From the NCBI GenBank assembly GCA_965116025.1, contig OZ220480.1, positions 448,001-512,000 on the forward strand: DNA of 64,000 bases. Reading direction: 5' to 3'. This stretch comes from an uncultured candidatus Porisulfidus sp. GTDB taxonomy: Bacteria; Pseudomonadota; Gammaproteobacteria; Poriferisulfidales; Poriferisulfidaceae. Position 1 is the first letter of the stretch, and each line of letters starts with the position of its first letter. Both the position numbers and the translations under genes were made by a program. The notes under the pieces are model-generated. The model was not told where the DNA came from. It did no database searches and was given only the letters and a program-made list of their open reading frames with translations. This document shows positions 15,741 to 27,700 of the stretch, piece after piece.

Positions 15741-17054
15741 TCAGGCGCGATCCCGCGCCTTCCGGCAGGTCAGCGCGATCGGAATTCCCGGCAACCGGAG
15801 CTCCTCCCGAAACCGGTTGGTCAAGTACCGACGATACGCCGGCGACAACGACTCGAGGCGAGAGCCATGCAGGACGAGCCGCAGAGGATGGTTTCCTCCT
15901 TGGTGGCCGTAGCGTATCTGGACGCGTCCTCCGCGCGTCCGCGCCGGTGGGTTCCGCCGCGCGGCGCTCCGCAGGAAATCGTTGATCTCGGGCGTGGAGA
16001 AGCTCCGCTCCGCCGCGTCATGCAGCGAGACCGCCTCGCGCAACAGGCGGGAGAGTCCCGAGCCTCGGGCCCCGGAGGCGCGGACGACCGGGAGGTAGGG
16101 CGCGAACCTGAGCCGGCGGGCCGCGCGGCGCTCCGCCCATGCCTGTCGCTCCGAATCCAGCAAATCGCACTTGTTCAGCGCGACCACGACGGCGCGGCCG
16201 GCCTCCAGCGCCAGCGCGATCAGCGCCGCGTCCTGCTCCACCGCTCCCTGCTCGGCGTCCAGCACCGCCACCACCACCCGGGCGCGCTGGATGGAGCGCA
16301 GCGCCTGCGCGACGCTGAACCCCTCGATCGAGTCCGGCTCGACTCGACTCTTGCGGCGGATTCCCGCCGTGTCCACCAAGACCATTTCGCGACCGCGGAA
16401 CTCCATCCGCGAATCGACGCTGTCCCGGGTCGTTCCCGGCTCCGGGGACACGACCAGCCGATCGCTGCGTAGCAAGCGATTGATCATCGTGGATTTTCCG
16501 ACGTTGGGCCGGCCGATCACGGCGACCCGGATTCGTCCAGAATCCGGCTCCGGAATTTCCGGGACGACTTGATCCGGAATCGCGGAATCCAGCAAGGCCG
16601 CGACCCCGGAGCCCCGCTTCGCGCTGATCCCGAACAGCGCGTTCGCGCCCAACTCGGCGAACTCCGAGACCGCCGCGCGCGGGTCGCGCCCGTCCACCTT
16701 GTTGACCGCGACCAGAAGCGGCTTGTCGCGCGCGCGCAGCCGCGCGTGGAGAGCCCGGTCGCTGGTCAGACAGCCCGCGCTCGCGTCCAACATGAGCAAC
16801 AAGACGTCGGCCTCCTCGATCGCTCGCTCGGTCTGCCGCATCAGACTCCGCTCGATCTCGGTGTGGGCCACGGTCAGACCGCCCGTGTCCACCGCCACGA
16901 AAGCGCGGCCGTCATGGCTCGCCAGCCCATAGCGCCGATCCCGGGTCACCCCGGGGACATCGGCGACCAGGGCGTCTCGACTACCGGTCAGACGGTTGAA
17001 AAGCGTGGATTTACCGACATTCGGTCGGCCAAGCAGGGCGACGACGGGAATCAT
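15741..17054 (-). CDS. der: ribosome biogenesis GTPase Der
   Basis: Two GRPNVGKST P-loops, DTGG/DTAG, C-terminal KH-like domain; downstream of bamB. Confidence 0.96.
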   Translation of the reverse strand: MIPVVALLGRPNVGKSTLFNRLTGSRDALVADVPGVTRDRRYGLASHDGRAFVAVDTGGLTVAHTEIERSLMRQTERAIEEADVLLLMLDASAGCLTSDRALHARLRARDKPLLVAVNKVDGRDPRAAVSEFAELGANALFGISAKRGSGVAALLDSAIPDQVVPEIPEPDSGRIRVAVIGRPNVGKSTMINRLLRSDRLVVSPEPGTTRDSVDSRMEFRGREMVLVDTAGIRRKSRVEPDSIEGFSVAQALRSIQRARVVVAVLDAEQGAVEQDAALIALALEAGRAVVVALNKCDLLDSERQAWAERRAARRLRFAPYLPVVRASGARGSGLSRLLREAVSLHDAAERSFSTPEINDFLRSAARRNPPARTRGGRVQIRYGHQGGNHPLRLVLHGSRLESLSPAYRRYLTNRFREELRLPGIPIALTCRKARDRA

Positions 17055-17069
17055 GGCCGGAGGACCGGA

Positions 17070-18272
17070 TCATGAGTCGCCCGCGTCCGCCCCGAGCAGC
17101 GGCACGAACTGGTACGCCGCGAACCGGCCGCCGCGATGCAGCAGGTAGATCCGGCCCGCCCGCGCCTGCGGGGGCGCCTGCAGGGGTCCGTCCACCTTGT
17201 GGCGCGCCACGATCTCCCCGTCGGTGATCCGAAGCCAGTGCAGATAGCCGTCGAAATCCACCACGATCACGTGCAACCCGGTCGGAGCCGGAGCGCTGAG
17301 ATTTCGATAAGCCAGCGCGTCCTGCTCCCAGTACGCTCCTCCGCTCTTCCGGTCCAGCGCCCACACGCTGCTACTCAGGTCGGTCACGTACACGGCCACG
17401 TCATCGACCGCGGGCGCGTGCAGGGCCTTGATGTCTTTCGACCATAGCAGATCGCCCTCCACCGTCTCTACCGCGCCGACCTGGTTGCTCAGCGCGGCGG
17501 CGTAGGCCACGCCTCCCTCCAGACGTACTGGACCGTCCACGTCCACGATCCGCTCCAGTTCCGTTCGTCCGGTCGGAATCGCCAACCTCGCTTTCCAATG
17601 CTGCAGCCCGCTCTCGGCATCGAACGCGATCAGCTGGCCGTCGTCGAACCCGGCTAGCACCCGGTCGTCCTGCGCCTCCGGCTCGCCCGCGCCGCGCAAG
17701 GTCAAACTGGGACTCCCGTGGACATGGTTCCACAGCGTCTCTCCATCCTCGGCGTCCAGCACGCTCATCCGCCCGTCATTGGTGCGGACCGCCAGCCGGC
17801 CTCCCGGCAACGCCTTCAAGCTCAGAACCTCGCTCGACATCGTTTTCTTCCAGAGCTCGGCGCCCGACGCCCGGTCCAAGGCGAAAATCTCCTGCTCCCA
17901 GGTCCCGACATAGGCCGCTCGCTCATCGGCCGCGACTCCGGCCAACACCGTTCCCGGGACGCTCGCCTCCCAGATCCTCGCCCCGGTCTCGGCCGCCAGC
18001 GCGACCACCGCGCCCTCGTTGGAAGCCAGCAACACCTGGTCGCGATCAATCCACGGGGCGATATGGCTGTCAGGATCGCGGTACTGAGACCCGACCGAAT
18101 AGTTCCACAGCGGGGTCAGCGCGATTCGGTTGGCCACCGGCCGCAACTCGGCGACCCGCGTCGGGGTTTTCTCCCAAAGCTCCTGAATGCCGGACAGCGG
18201 CGAGGAGTCGGCGCACGCCGACAGCCCCACCACGCAGGCGACCAGCAGGACCGTCGAGTCAGTCGACCTCAT
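17070..18272 (-). CDS. bamB: outer membrane protein assembly factor BamB
   Basis: Lipobox LSAC after start at 18272, PQQ-type beta-propeller repeats, GRTELERIVDVD; yfgM-bamB-der synteny. Confidence 0.92.
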   Translation of the reverse strand: MRSTDSTVLLVACVVGLSACADSSPLSGIQELWEKTPTRVAELRPVANRIALTPLWNYSVGSQYRDPDSHIAPWIDRDQVLLASNEGAVVALAAETGARIWEASVPGTVLAGVAADERAAYVGTWEQEIFALDRASGAELWKKTMSSEVLSLKALPGGRLAVRTNDGRMSVLDAEDGETLWNHVHGSPSLTLRGAGEPEAQDDRVLAGFDDGQLIAFDAESGLQHWKARLAIPTGRTELERIVDVDGPVRLEGGVAYAAALSNQVGAVETVEGDLLWSKDIKALHAPAVDDVAVYVTDLSSSVWALDRKSGGAYWEQDALAYRNLSAPAPTGLHVIVVDFDGYLHWLRITDGEIVARHKVDGPLQAPPQARAGRIYLLHRGGRFAAYQFVPLLGADAGDS

Positions 18273-18882
18273 CTCGCCCTCCGAGCTCAGCGAGCTTCCA
18301 CTCGAGAAACTCTCCACCATCGCCATCCTCCAAAGCCCGCGCGTACTCCTGACGAGCTTCCTGGACCCGACCCAACCCCCGGTACAGGTCGCCGCGGATT
18401 TCGCGCGCCAGACCCTCGTAGCCCTCCAGCGGCGCGTCGGCCAAGACCGCCAGCCCCTCTTCCCACCGTCGCTGAGCCGCGTGAACCCTGGCGAGGCGCA
18501 ACGCCGCCACCGGCGTGAACAGCGGATCGTCCGAGTTCTCGAGCGTCCAGAGCAGCAAGCGGGTCGCCTCCTCGAGCCGCTGGCTCTCCTGATGCGCCCG
18601 GGCGGAAATCAGGCTCGCCATCAAGGCGTACGAAGTGTCGCCGTACTCGGCGCGCAAGCGCTCCCCCAGCGCGCGCGCGCGCTCGCTCCCGAGTTCCACT
18701 CGATACTGCTGATACAGCGCGGCCGCGTCCCGAGCCCTCTGGTCCTGCCAATACTCCCAGCCCTTGTAGCCGCCTCCTCCCCCGAGGACCAGCCCCACGC
18801 CCAAGAAAATCCATACGCGATTGGTCTTCCACCAATCCCGGATTTCCTCGAATTGACGCTGCTCTTCCGGGCTTAAGGCCAT
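18259..18882 (-). CDS. yfgM: YfgM family TPR protein
   Basis: EEQ...IRDWWKTN, single TM helix, LRLARV, EIRGD, ARQEYARAL; hisS-yfgM-bamB synteny. Confidence 0.88.
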   Translation of the reverse strand: MALSPEEQRQFEEIRDWWKTNRVWIFLGVGLVLGGGGGYKGWEYWQDQRARDAAALYQQYRVELGSERARALGERLRAEYGDTSYALMASLISARAHQESQRLEEATRLLLWTLENSDDPLFTPVAALRLARVHAAQRRWEEGLAVLADAPLEGYEGLAREIRGDLYRGLGRVQEARQEYARALEDGDGGEFLEWKLAELGGRDEVD

Positions 18883-20150
18883 GGCGATGATCCTGTGGAA
18901 ACGAAATGCTCGGCGAGAGCCGGCTGGATATTATCCAACAAAATCTTCCGCTGCCCCTCCGACCCCCGCAAGAACTTCAAAAGGACGACGTTCTCGCCGA
19001 GCTCCTCCTCCCCCATGATCAGGACGGCCCGCGCGCCGCTTTTGTCGGCGCGCCGCAACTGGGCCTTCATGCTGCCCGCGTCCATGTTCATGCGAACTCT
19101 CAACGCGGGCATTCCCTCTCTCAGACTCAGGCCCAAGGAGCGCATGCGGGACGTCGCGGCCTCTCCCAAAGCGACCAGATAGACATCGACTCCCGCCGTC
19201 GCGGCGATATCCAGACATTCACGGATCCTCTCCAAGCCGAGCGCGAAACCAGCCGCCGGAGTGGCCCGGCCTCCCAGCTGCTCGACCAAGCGATCATAGC
19301 GTCCCCCTCCTCCAAGCGCGGATTGGGATCCCAAGCCATCTTCCACCCATTCGAACACCGTATGATCGTAGTAATCCAGCCCCCGGACCAGCCTCGGATC
19401 GACGACGTGGTCGATCCTCTGGTCGTCCAGCGCCTTTCTCAGTCCCTCGAAATGCGCGCGGGATTCCTTCCCCAGCAAATCCTCCAGCTTGGGGGCCTCT
19501 TCCAGCAAGTCCCGAATCGCGCTCGACTTGCTGTCCAATAGCCGCAGGGGATTAGTCTTCAGCCTGCGCCGGTCGTCCTCCTCCATGCTCGACTCGAACC
19601 GGGTGAAGTGCTCCACCAGCCGCTCTCGCCAAACGGCGCGCTCCTCCGAGTTGCCCAAGGTGTTCAGCGTCAGCCGCGGAGACAGGCCGAGTCGTCGCCA
19701 GCCCTGCCAGCCAAGCGACAGGATTTCCGCGTCAACATCCGGCCCGCTCATGCCGAACGTCTCCACTCCGAACTGGTCGAACTGCCGCAAGCGACCTTTC
19801 TGCGGACGCTCATGCCGGAAAAACGAGCCCAGATACCACAGGCGCTGCTGGCGATTGGGAACGAGCCCGTGCTGGATCGCCGCGCGCGCGCAACTCGCCG
19901 TCCCTTCGGGACGCAAGCTCAATGATTCTCCGTTGCGATCCTCGAAGGTATACATCTCCTTCTCCACGATGTCAGTCGCCTCTCCAATGGAGCGCCGGAA
20001 CAAGGCGGTCGGCTCCAGCGTCGGAAAACGGATCTCCTCATAACCGAACCCGCGCGCCACCTCGATCCAGACCCGCTCAATCTCCCGTCGAACGCGCGCC
20101 TCCTCGGGAAGAACGTCGCGCATCCCGCGCACCGACCGCAACCGATTCAC
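18873..20150 (-). CDS. hisS: histidine--tRNA ligase
   Basis: RGMRDVLP, DIVEKEMY, LRPEGTAS, FRHERPQKGR, LVRGLDYY, GGGRYD; GTG start at 20150 overlaps the rlmN TGA. Confidence 0.97.
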   Translation of the reverse strand: MNRLRSVRGMRDVLPEEARVRREIERVWIEVARGFGYEEIRFPTLEPTALFRRSIGEATDIVEKEMYTFEDRNGESLSLRPEGTASCARAAIQHGLVPNRQQRLWYLGSFFRHERPQKGRLRQFDQFGVETFGMSGPDVDAEILSLGWQGWRRLGLSPRLTLNTLGNSEERAVWRERLVEHFTRFESSMEEDDRRRLKTNPLRLLDSKSSAIRDLLEEAPKLEDLLGKESRAHFEGLRKALDDQRIDHVVDPRLVRGLDYYDHTVFEWVEDGLGSQSALGGGGRYDRLVEQLGGRATPAAGFALGLERIRECLDIAATAGVDVYLVALGEAATSRMRSLGLSLREGMPALRVRMNMDAGSMKAQLRRADKSGARAVLIMGEEELGENVVLLKFLRGSEGQRKILLDNIQPALAEHFVSTGSSPWP

Positions 20151-21274
20151 GCCATCGCTCCTGGCGTCGCCAACGGCCGCTCGCTCGTCGAAATGAAGGG
20201 GCGCGGCCACGCCATGTCGGGACGAGGGATTCGCGAGCCGCCCGCCAACTGCCCGCAAGCCGCCGCGATATCGTCGCCCCGAGGTCGGCGGGTGGTGGCG
20301 ACGATTCCTTTCTCGCGCAGAATCTCGCGGAATCGGGCGCGCGCCGACTCGGGCGACGCGGCATAGCCGCTCCCGGGAAAGACGTTGAAGGGAATCAAAT
20401 TGACCTTGCAGGGCAAGCCGCGCAACCGCTCGCCCAGCGCCCGAGCGCGCTCGGGACTATCGTTCACATCGCGCAACAACACGTACTCAATGATGATCTT
20501 GCGCTTGCGCGACCGCCCCTCGGCGTAGCGCCAGCAGGCGTCCAGCAGATCTCTGATCGGATAGCGGGCGTTGATCGGCATCAATCGCGAGCGCAACGCG
20601 TCGTCTGGAGCATGCAACGATACCGCCAAGCCCACGTCGGCCAGTCTTCGCAAACGATCCATTCCCTGGACCAAGCCGGCCGTGCTGACCGTGACCTGGC
20701 GACCGCCCATAGCGTGGGCGTGGGGATCCTGAAACAGGCGGATCGCGCCGACGACCGCGTCGAGATTCGCTAACGGCTCCCCCATCCCCATGAACACGAC
20801 ATGCGTTACCGGCATATCCGGTTGCAAACGATGCCGCGCCAGCCACAACTGGGATACGATCTCACGCATCTCGAGGTTGCGCGTGAACCCGCTCCGCGCG
20901 GTCCTGCAAAACGCGCAATTAAGAGCGCATCCCGCTTGGGAAGACAGGCACAGGGTGACGCGACCGGCGCTCGGAATCAGAACCATCTCAATGACATCAC
21001 CGCCATCCAGACGCAAAAGCCACTTGCGCGTGCCATCCCGGGCGCGACGAGAATCCACGACATCCGGCAACGAGAGATCCACCCGCGCGCGCGCCGCTTC
21101 GCGCGCGCGGCGCGGAACGTCATCCATCCTCTCAAAATCCAACTGACCATGACGGTGGATCGCCCGGATCAAGGCGTCCGCATGAATTGGCGAGTGGCCT
21201 CGCTCAGCGAGCCAGCCCTCCCACCGCCTTCGACTCCATCCGAGCGGATCAATGTGGCCCCGCGCGAGTCTCAT
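20147..21274 (-). CDS. rlmN: 23S rRNA/tRNA m2A methyltransferase RlmN
   Basis: DGTRKW, radical [37 protein letters not shown]; ATGA overlap with ndk. Confidence 0.96.
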   Translation of the reverse strand: MRLARGHIDPLGWSRRRWEGWLAERGHSPIHADALIRAIHRHGQLDFERMDDVPRRAREAARARVDLSLPDVVDSRRARDGTRKWLLRLDGGDVIEMVLIPSAGRVTLCLSSQAGCALNCAFCRTARSGFTRNLEMREIVSQLWLARHRLQPDMPVTHVVFMGMGEPLANLDAVVGAIRLFQDPHAHAMGGRQVTVSTAGLVQGMDRLRRLADVGLAVSLHAPDDALRSRLMPINARYPIRDLLDACWRYAEGRSRKRKIIIEYVLLRDVNDSPERARALGERLRGLPCKVNLIPFNVFPGSGYAASPESARARFREILREKGIVATTRRPRGDDIAAACGQLAGGSRIPRPDMAWPRPFISTSERPLATPGAMA

Positions 21275-21702
21275 CGAGTTCGAGGACAAATCTCCTCAGG
21301 GCGAAAGAAAAAATCGATCTCCGCCCGCGCGGTGTCGGGACCGTCAGAGCCATGCACCGCGTTCTCGTCCACTTGGGTCGCGAAATCAGCGCGGATCGTT
21401 CCAGGAGCCGCCTGGACCGGATCGGTCGCGCCCATGACCTCGCGATTGCGCGCGATCGCGTCCTCTCCCTCCAAAACTTGCGCGATAATGGGACCGGATG
21501 TCATGAAATCGACTAGGTCCGAGAAAAACGGACGTTCCCGATGCACCGCGTAGAACGCTTCCGCCCGCTCCCGGGAAAGGCGCGTCATGCGGGCGGCCAC
21601 GATGCGCAGACCCGCTTTCTCGAAACGCTGGTAAATGGAGCCGATATGGTTGTTTCCAACCGCGTCCGGCTTGATGATAGAGAGGGTTCGCTCTACGGCC
21701 AT
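21271..21702 (-). CDS. ndk: nucleoside diphosphate kinase
   Basis: [33 protein letters not shown]. Confidence 0.98.
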   Translation of the reverse strand: MAVERTLSIIKPDAVGNNHIGSIYQRFEKAGLRIVAARMTRLSRERAEAFYAVHRERPFFSDLVDFMTSGPIIAQVLEGEDAIARNREVMGATDPVQAAPGTIRADFATQVDENAVHGSDGPDTARAEIDFFFRPEEICPRTR

Positions 21703-21966
21703 GGTCTTTCCTTGACCCGAAATCCCGAGTCGCGAGTGATGGAGTATGGGGTTTAATGACGGCCTATTGTAGCGAAGAGATTCAAACTGACATACCGCTC
21801 CCGTGAACTCGTCAATCCCGATAGATGGAGCGGACTCAACGAAACGCGGGCGAAAACGCCTTCGCGCGCGAGCGCGGGAATTGAGAAACCTCCCGTCTCC
21901 GGCGCCTTCAATTCTTAAAGCGAGGCGCGGCGACGCGGCCCCAGCCGAAACGCGCCAACGCCGCGG

Positions 21967-24900
21967 TCAGAAGCGAACCTTCAGCAGGGCGCCCACGCCG
22001 TAATCGTGATTGTCACCGCCCGACACCGCGTAGTGCGCCTCCCCCGATAGCGTCGACTCTCCCTTCGCGTCCAGCGTCATCACGCCCCCAACGCCAATCC
22101 GCACCCACGTGGACTCCGCCTCCGAGCGCAAGCGCGACCCCGACGCCATCACGGCGCGATCCTCCGAAAACTCATGCTCCACGTCCAAAGAGGCATACGT
22201 CTGGCCATTTTCCAGCAATGCCCCGATCCGCGCGCGCACGCTGTCCTCGGAGCGGAACGACACCTGACCGCTCCCATCGACACCCGAAACGTCGTCGAAG
22301 CCGTCAATGTCCGCCCAAGTCCACGTCAATCCCCCGCGCGGAACCAGCGCGAAGCCGTCCATCTCCATGCGCCTGCCGACCTCCACGCCGATCGCGTGAC
22401 CCTCTCCGTCCAGACCGGACGCCACCATCCCTCGCGCGTCCGAACTCAAATCAATGTCCTCGAAACGCGTGTACGAGAACTCCCCGTCCGCGTACCAGCC
22501 GTCCTCACCCCGCCAGGTCGCCGACGCCCCAACGCCCACGCCCGAGACCTCGATCTTCCCGCCACGCGCGACATCCGCCTCGCCGTCACGGTAGTGCGCG
22601 CTCACGCCCAGCGTCAGCCCCGGCGCGTCCGTGGGAACGACGAAGCCCGTCTCCACGCCCCAGCGCTCGAAGTCCCATGACAGATCATGTCCGGCCGTGT
22701 CCATGGAAGTCGTGGACATATCCGCCTCGCGCTCGCCATCGCTCGCCATGACCCGCGCCCAAACGCCCTCGCCGTCCCGCGTCGCCGACAAGCGCGCCTG
22801 GCGACCGCCCGGCGCGCTCATCTCCAGCAGCACCGACGGTAACGCCTCGTACACCCGCGCTCGGTCGTGATACGCCCGACCCGACTCCTCGAACTGGTGC
22901 CCGCCCTCGATCGTCTTCAGGGTGACTCTGGAGACGTCGTGCACGCCGCGCGTCTCGACGCCCGGGCTGAGCGCGTACTCCCCGCCCACCTTCACCCCAT
23001 CGAAGGTCGTCGTTCCACTGTTGAGCATCTTCCCTTTGACGTCGCCAATGCGTCCGACCGCGTCCTTCTTCATGGTGATGGTCAGCCTCCCGTCCGACCT
23101 CACCGCGGTTCCGGATGCCGCCTCCACCTTCGCCTTCGGCCCAACCACCAGCGTTCCGCCATTCACCATCCGAACGCCGGCGTGGTCTCCGCCGCCGCCC
23201 ATTACCTTGCCGTTGATCGTGACCGTCTGGTCATATTGCCCTTTCCGGGCGTGGTCGGACGCGAAGGTCCGCATCCCCTTGACGTGCACTCCGTCCTTCT
23301 TGGCCTTCACCGTCGCCATCTCCCCCACCGTGACCTCAATCTTCCCGGCTTTCGGCGCGTCCTCGTCCTCGTAGGTGGTGGCCGTCTCCGCGTAAACCCC
23401 GTGACCGTCCGCCATGATCGTTCCGCCAGCCACGTCGATCTTGATCGGAACGATCGTCTCGACGCCCTGTATCCCCTCCGCGTCGTTCAAGTCTTTCACA
23501 TAGGCGAGAATGCCGTCGCCCTTCGACGTGACGCTCCCTTTCGACGTGATCTCGATCTTCCCGATCTTGGCCTCGTAGGTGGAGGGGGCTTGAGAGTCGA
23601 CCGCCGTCTCGTCGGAAGCCGCTTGGGGCTCCGAGCCCCCATGAATGGCGAGAATGCCGGCGGTCCTGCCTTTCAGGTCCGCCAATTTCGTCTTTTCAGA
23701 ATCCACTAAAGTGTTCAACTTTAGTATGTCAGGCGCGTCGCCCGCGACGATCTCGCCCATCGAATGCGTCACGACCACGTCGCCCCAGCCGCGATGCAGA
23801 GCGGCCACCCCCGAGCCCTTCGCGTGGATGAAGCCTTCGTTGGTGACCGTGATAGCAGCCTCGTCAGTAGAATTGACCACATTAGTGAACACACCGTGTC
23901 CGCCAACTGGCGTCCCCGCGGTCCCGATCCTCGCCCCCTCGGAGATGGTCACCATGATCGTCCCACCGTGGGCTATATGGTGGATCGCCACGCCGTGCCG
24001 ACCTATGGTCGGCTCATCTCCATCCATTCCGATGCGCGCAGCGGGCTTCAGCGTCACCTTGGTGTCCCGATTGACCGGATCATCCGGATCAGTCTCTGAG
24101 TCCCGGTAGACGTAGATCCCGTCCCCCAAGGTCGCCGTCGAGGCGATCTCGCCCGCGAGGTCCACCTTGATAAGACCACCGATATGGTGCCGGGTATCAA
24201 CGCGAATCCCAGAATCCCCGCTCGTCTTCAAAACGCCCCCCGTCACGTCGACCGTCACCGGAATGATCGTATTCCCTTTTTCTCCGGTCGTTTCGACGGA
24301 AATGCCACGCCGGCGAGCGGTGATGTCGCCGCTCGAGGTGATCGTGATCGCGCTGGCGGTAGCCGGGGTCGTGTCCTTGTGGATGACCGTTATGCCATCG
24401 AAGGTGAACTCATTGGTGGTGCTATCAAAAAGCGTGGCCACCTTGCCGTTTGCCCCGTCCGTGAGCGTCGCCGCGTAGAGAGGCCGCTGCCTCTTGGTGA
24501 CGAGCGTCCCGTGGTTCGTGATGGCGATGTCGCCTCCTTTCCTGGAATTCACGTAGATTCCCTTGCTGGTCACGCTGTTTTTCGCCGTCTCGACGGTGAC
24601 ACCCCCGGCTCCCTTGTGCTCCACATGAATTCCCCGGTAATACCCGTAGATCTCGCCCCGGTTCACGATGGACACGTCGCCCTGAGCGGAAACGTTACTG
24701 TAATGCGCCATCACGCCCGTCCGGCCCACCGGAACTTCCTCAGTTCCGATCCTCGTCTCGGCCCCGACCACGATCTCGATCTTGTCCGCTCTGTTGGCGT
24801 CGCCGGCTTGGTCGTTCCTGACAACGATCCCGTAATTTCTGCTACCCCGATTATATTGGGGTTCGATGAAGGTCGCGCTGAGCCCAGCAGTGGTATACGT

Positions 24901-25378
24901 GGCCTGGACGGGCGAAGTCCACCCACCGGCCTCGTTCGCGATCCGCACCTTGCTTTCCAGATGGACCGTCAGCGCCCCGGCGCCGATCACGGCGATCCCG
25001 GAATTCCGGCCCTGGGTGATATCGGTGGGAGAGGTGGCGGGATTCTCGGGAGGAAGGAACGACTTGATGGTCGTCATCTCTCCCGAAGGCCTCACGGTCA
25101 GCGTCAGGCCCCCCGTCTCACCCGTGTACTCGATGGGAGTGGGAGTGGCGCTGGTGCCGCCGTAGGCCGCGTCGCTACAAGTGACCGCGTTGGAGGAGGT
25201 GGGCGCGCCGCACTCCTCCCCCGCCTCGGCGGAGGACGGAATCAGAGGAACGGAAAGAACGGCCGTGAAGCCGGCCAGAACGGTCAGGAAACGGGGGCTA
25301 TGCCCCCCCCCCCCCCCCTAGGCGGGAAAACGCTGAAGCGTCGCGAGCAGTATTGGAAATGGTAGAAACCTTCTTCAT
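21967..25378 (-). CDS. autotransporter (type Va), frameshifted in a G16 tract (putative phase-OFF allele)
   Basis: ATG 25378 gives MKKVSTISNTARDASAFSRL-(G)n; with one G fewer the frame continues HSPRFLTVLAGFTAVLSVPLIPSSAEA (signal peptide) into ORF 21967..25095; Gly/Val-rich beta-helix-like passenger; barrel GVWARV...WDFERWG...ending LLKVRF. Confidence 0.88.
25303..25318 (-). repeat. G16 homopolymer tract (C16 on + strand) in the autotransporter signal-peptide coding region
   Basis: tg-C16-ta read directly; longest homopolymer noticed in the window. Confidence 0.92.
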
Positions 25379-25469
25379 TAGAATCGTCCTCTTGACGAAG
25401 TTGAAAAACCACGCGCGATTGTAATGCGACTCTGCCATGAAAGCAACTTCGACATCACCCGAGGTCCTC

Positions 25470-25504
25470 AAAAGGAGAAGGGCCTCGAAAAACGAGGCCC
25501 TTCT
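25470..25504 (-). terminator. intrinsic terminator after groEL
   Basis: Perfect 12-bp stem AGAAGGGCCTCG/CGAGGCCCTTCT with 5-nt loop, followed by CCTTTT on the minus strand, 24 nt past the groEL stop. Confidence 0.75.
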
Positions 25505-25527
25505 GTCGATAGCGCCGTCGAGCGCGA

Positions 25528-27523
<1,996 letters not shown>

Positions 27524-27610
27524 AAAAACTCCCAAAATTTCCAGTTTATCAAAAAGTTAACAAGGCATGGCGGTGATAGGGACGAACCTCCCCGCCTCCT
27601 TGCCTCCTAT

Positions 27611-27638
27611 ATATGGGGAACGTTAAACCAGATACAAG
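27611..27638 (-). promoter_or_regulatory. sigma-32 (RpoH) promoter of groESL
   Basis: Minus strand CTTGTA-N14-CCCCATAT, close to consensus CTTGAA-N13/14-CCCCATnT. Confidence 0.85.
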
Positions 27639-27700
27639 GGGGCGCCGCCGGGTACAATGCGCGTCAACTCTTTTGATCTTTCGGCTTTCCTCGCGCGCCC

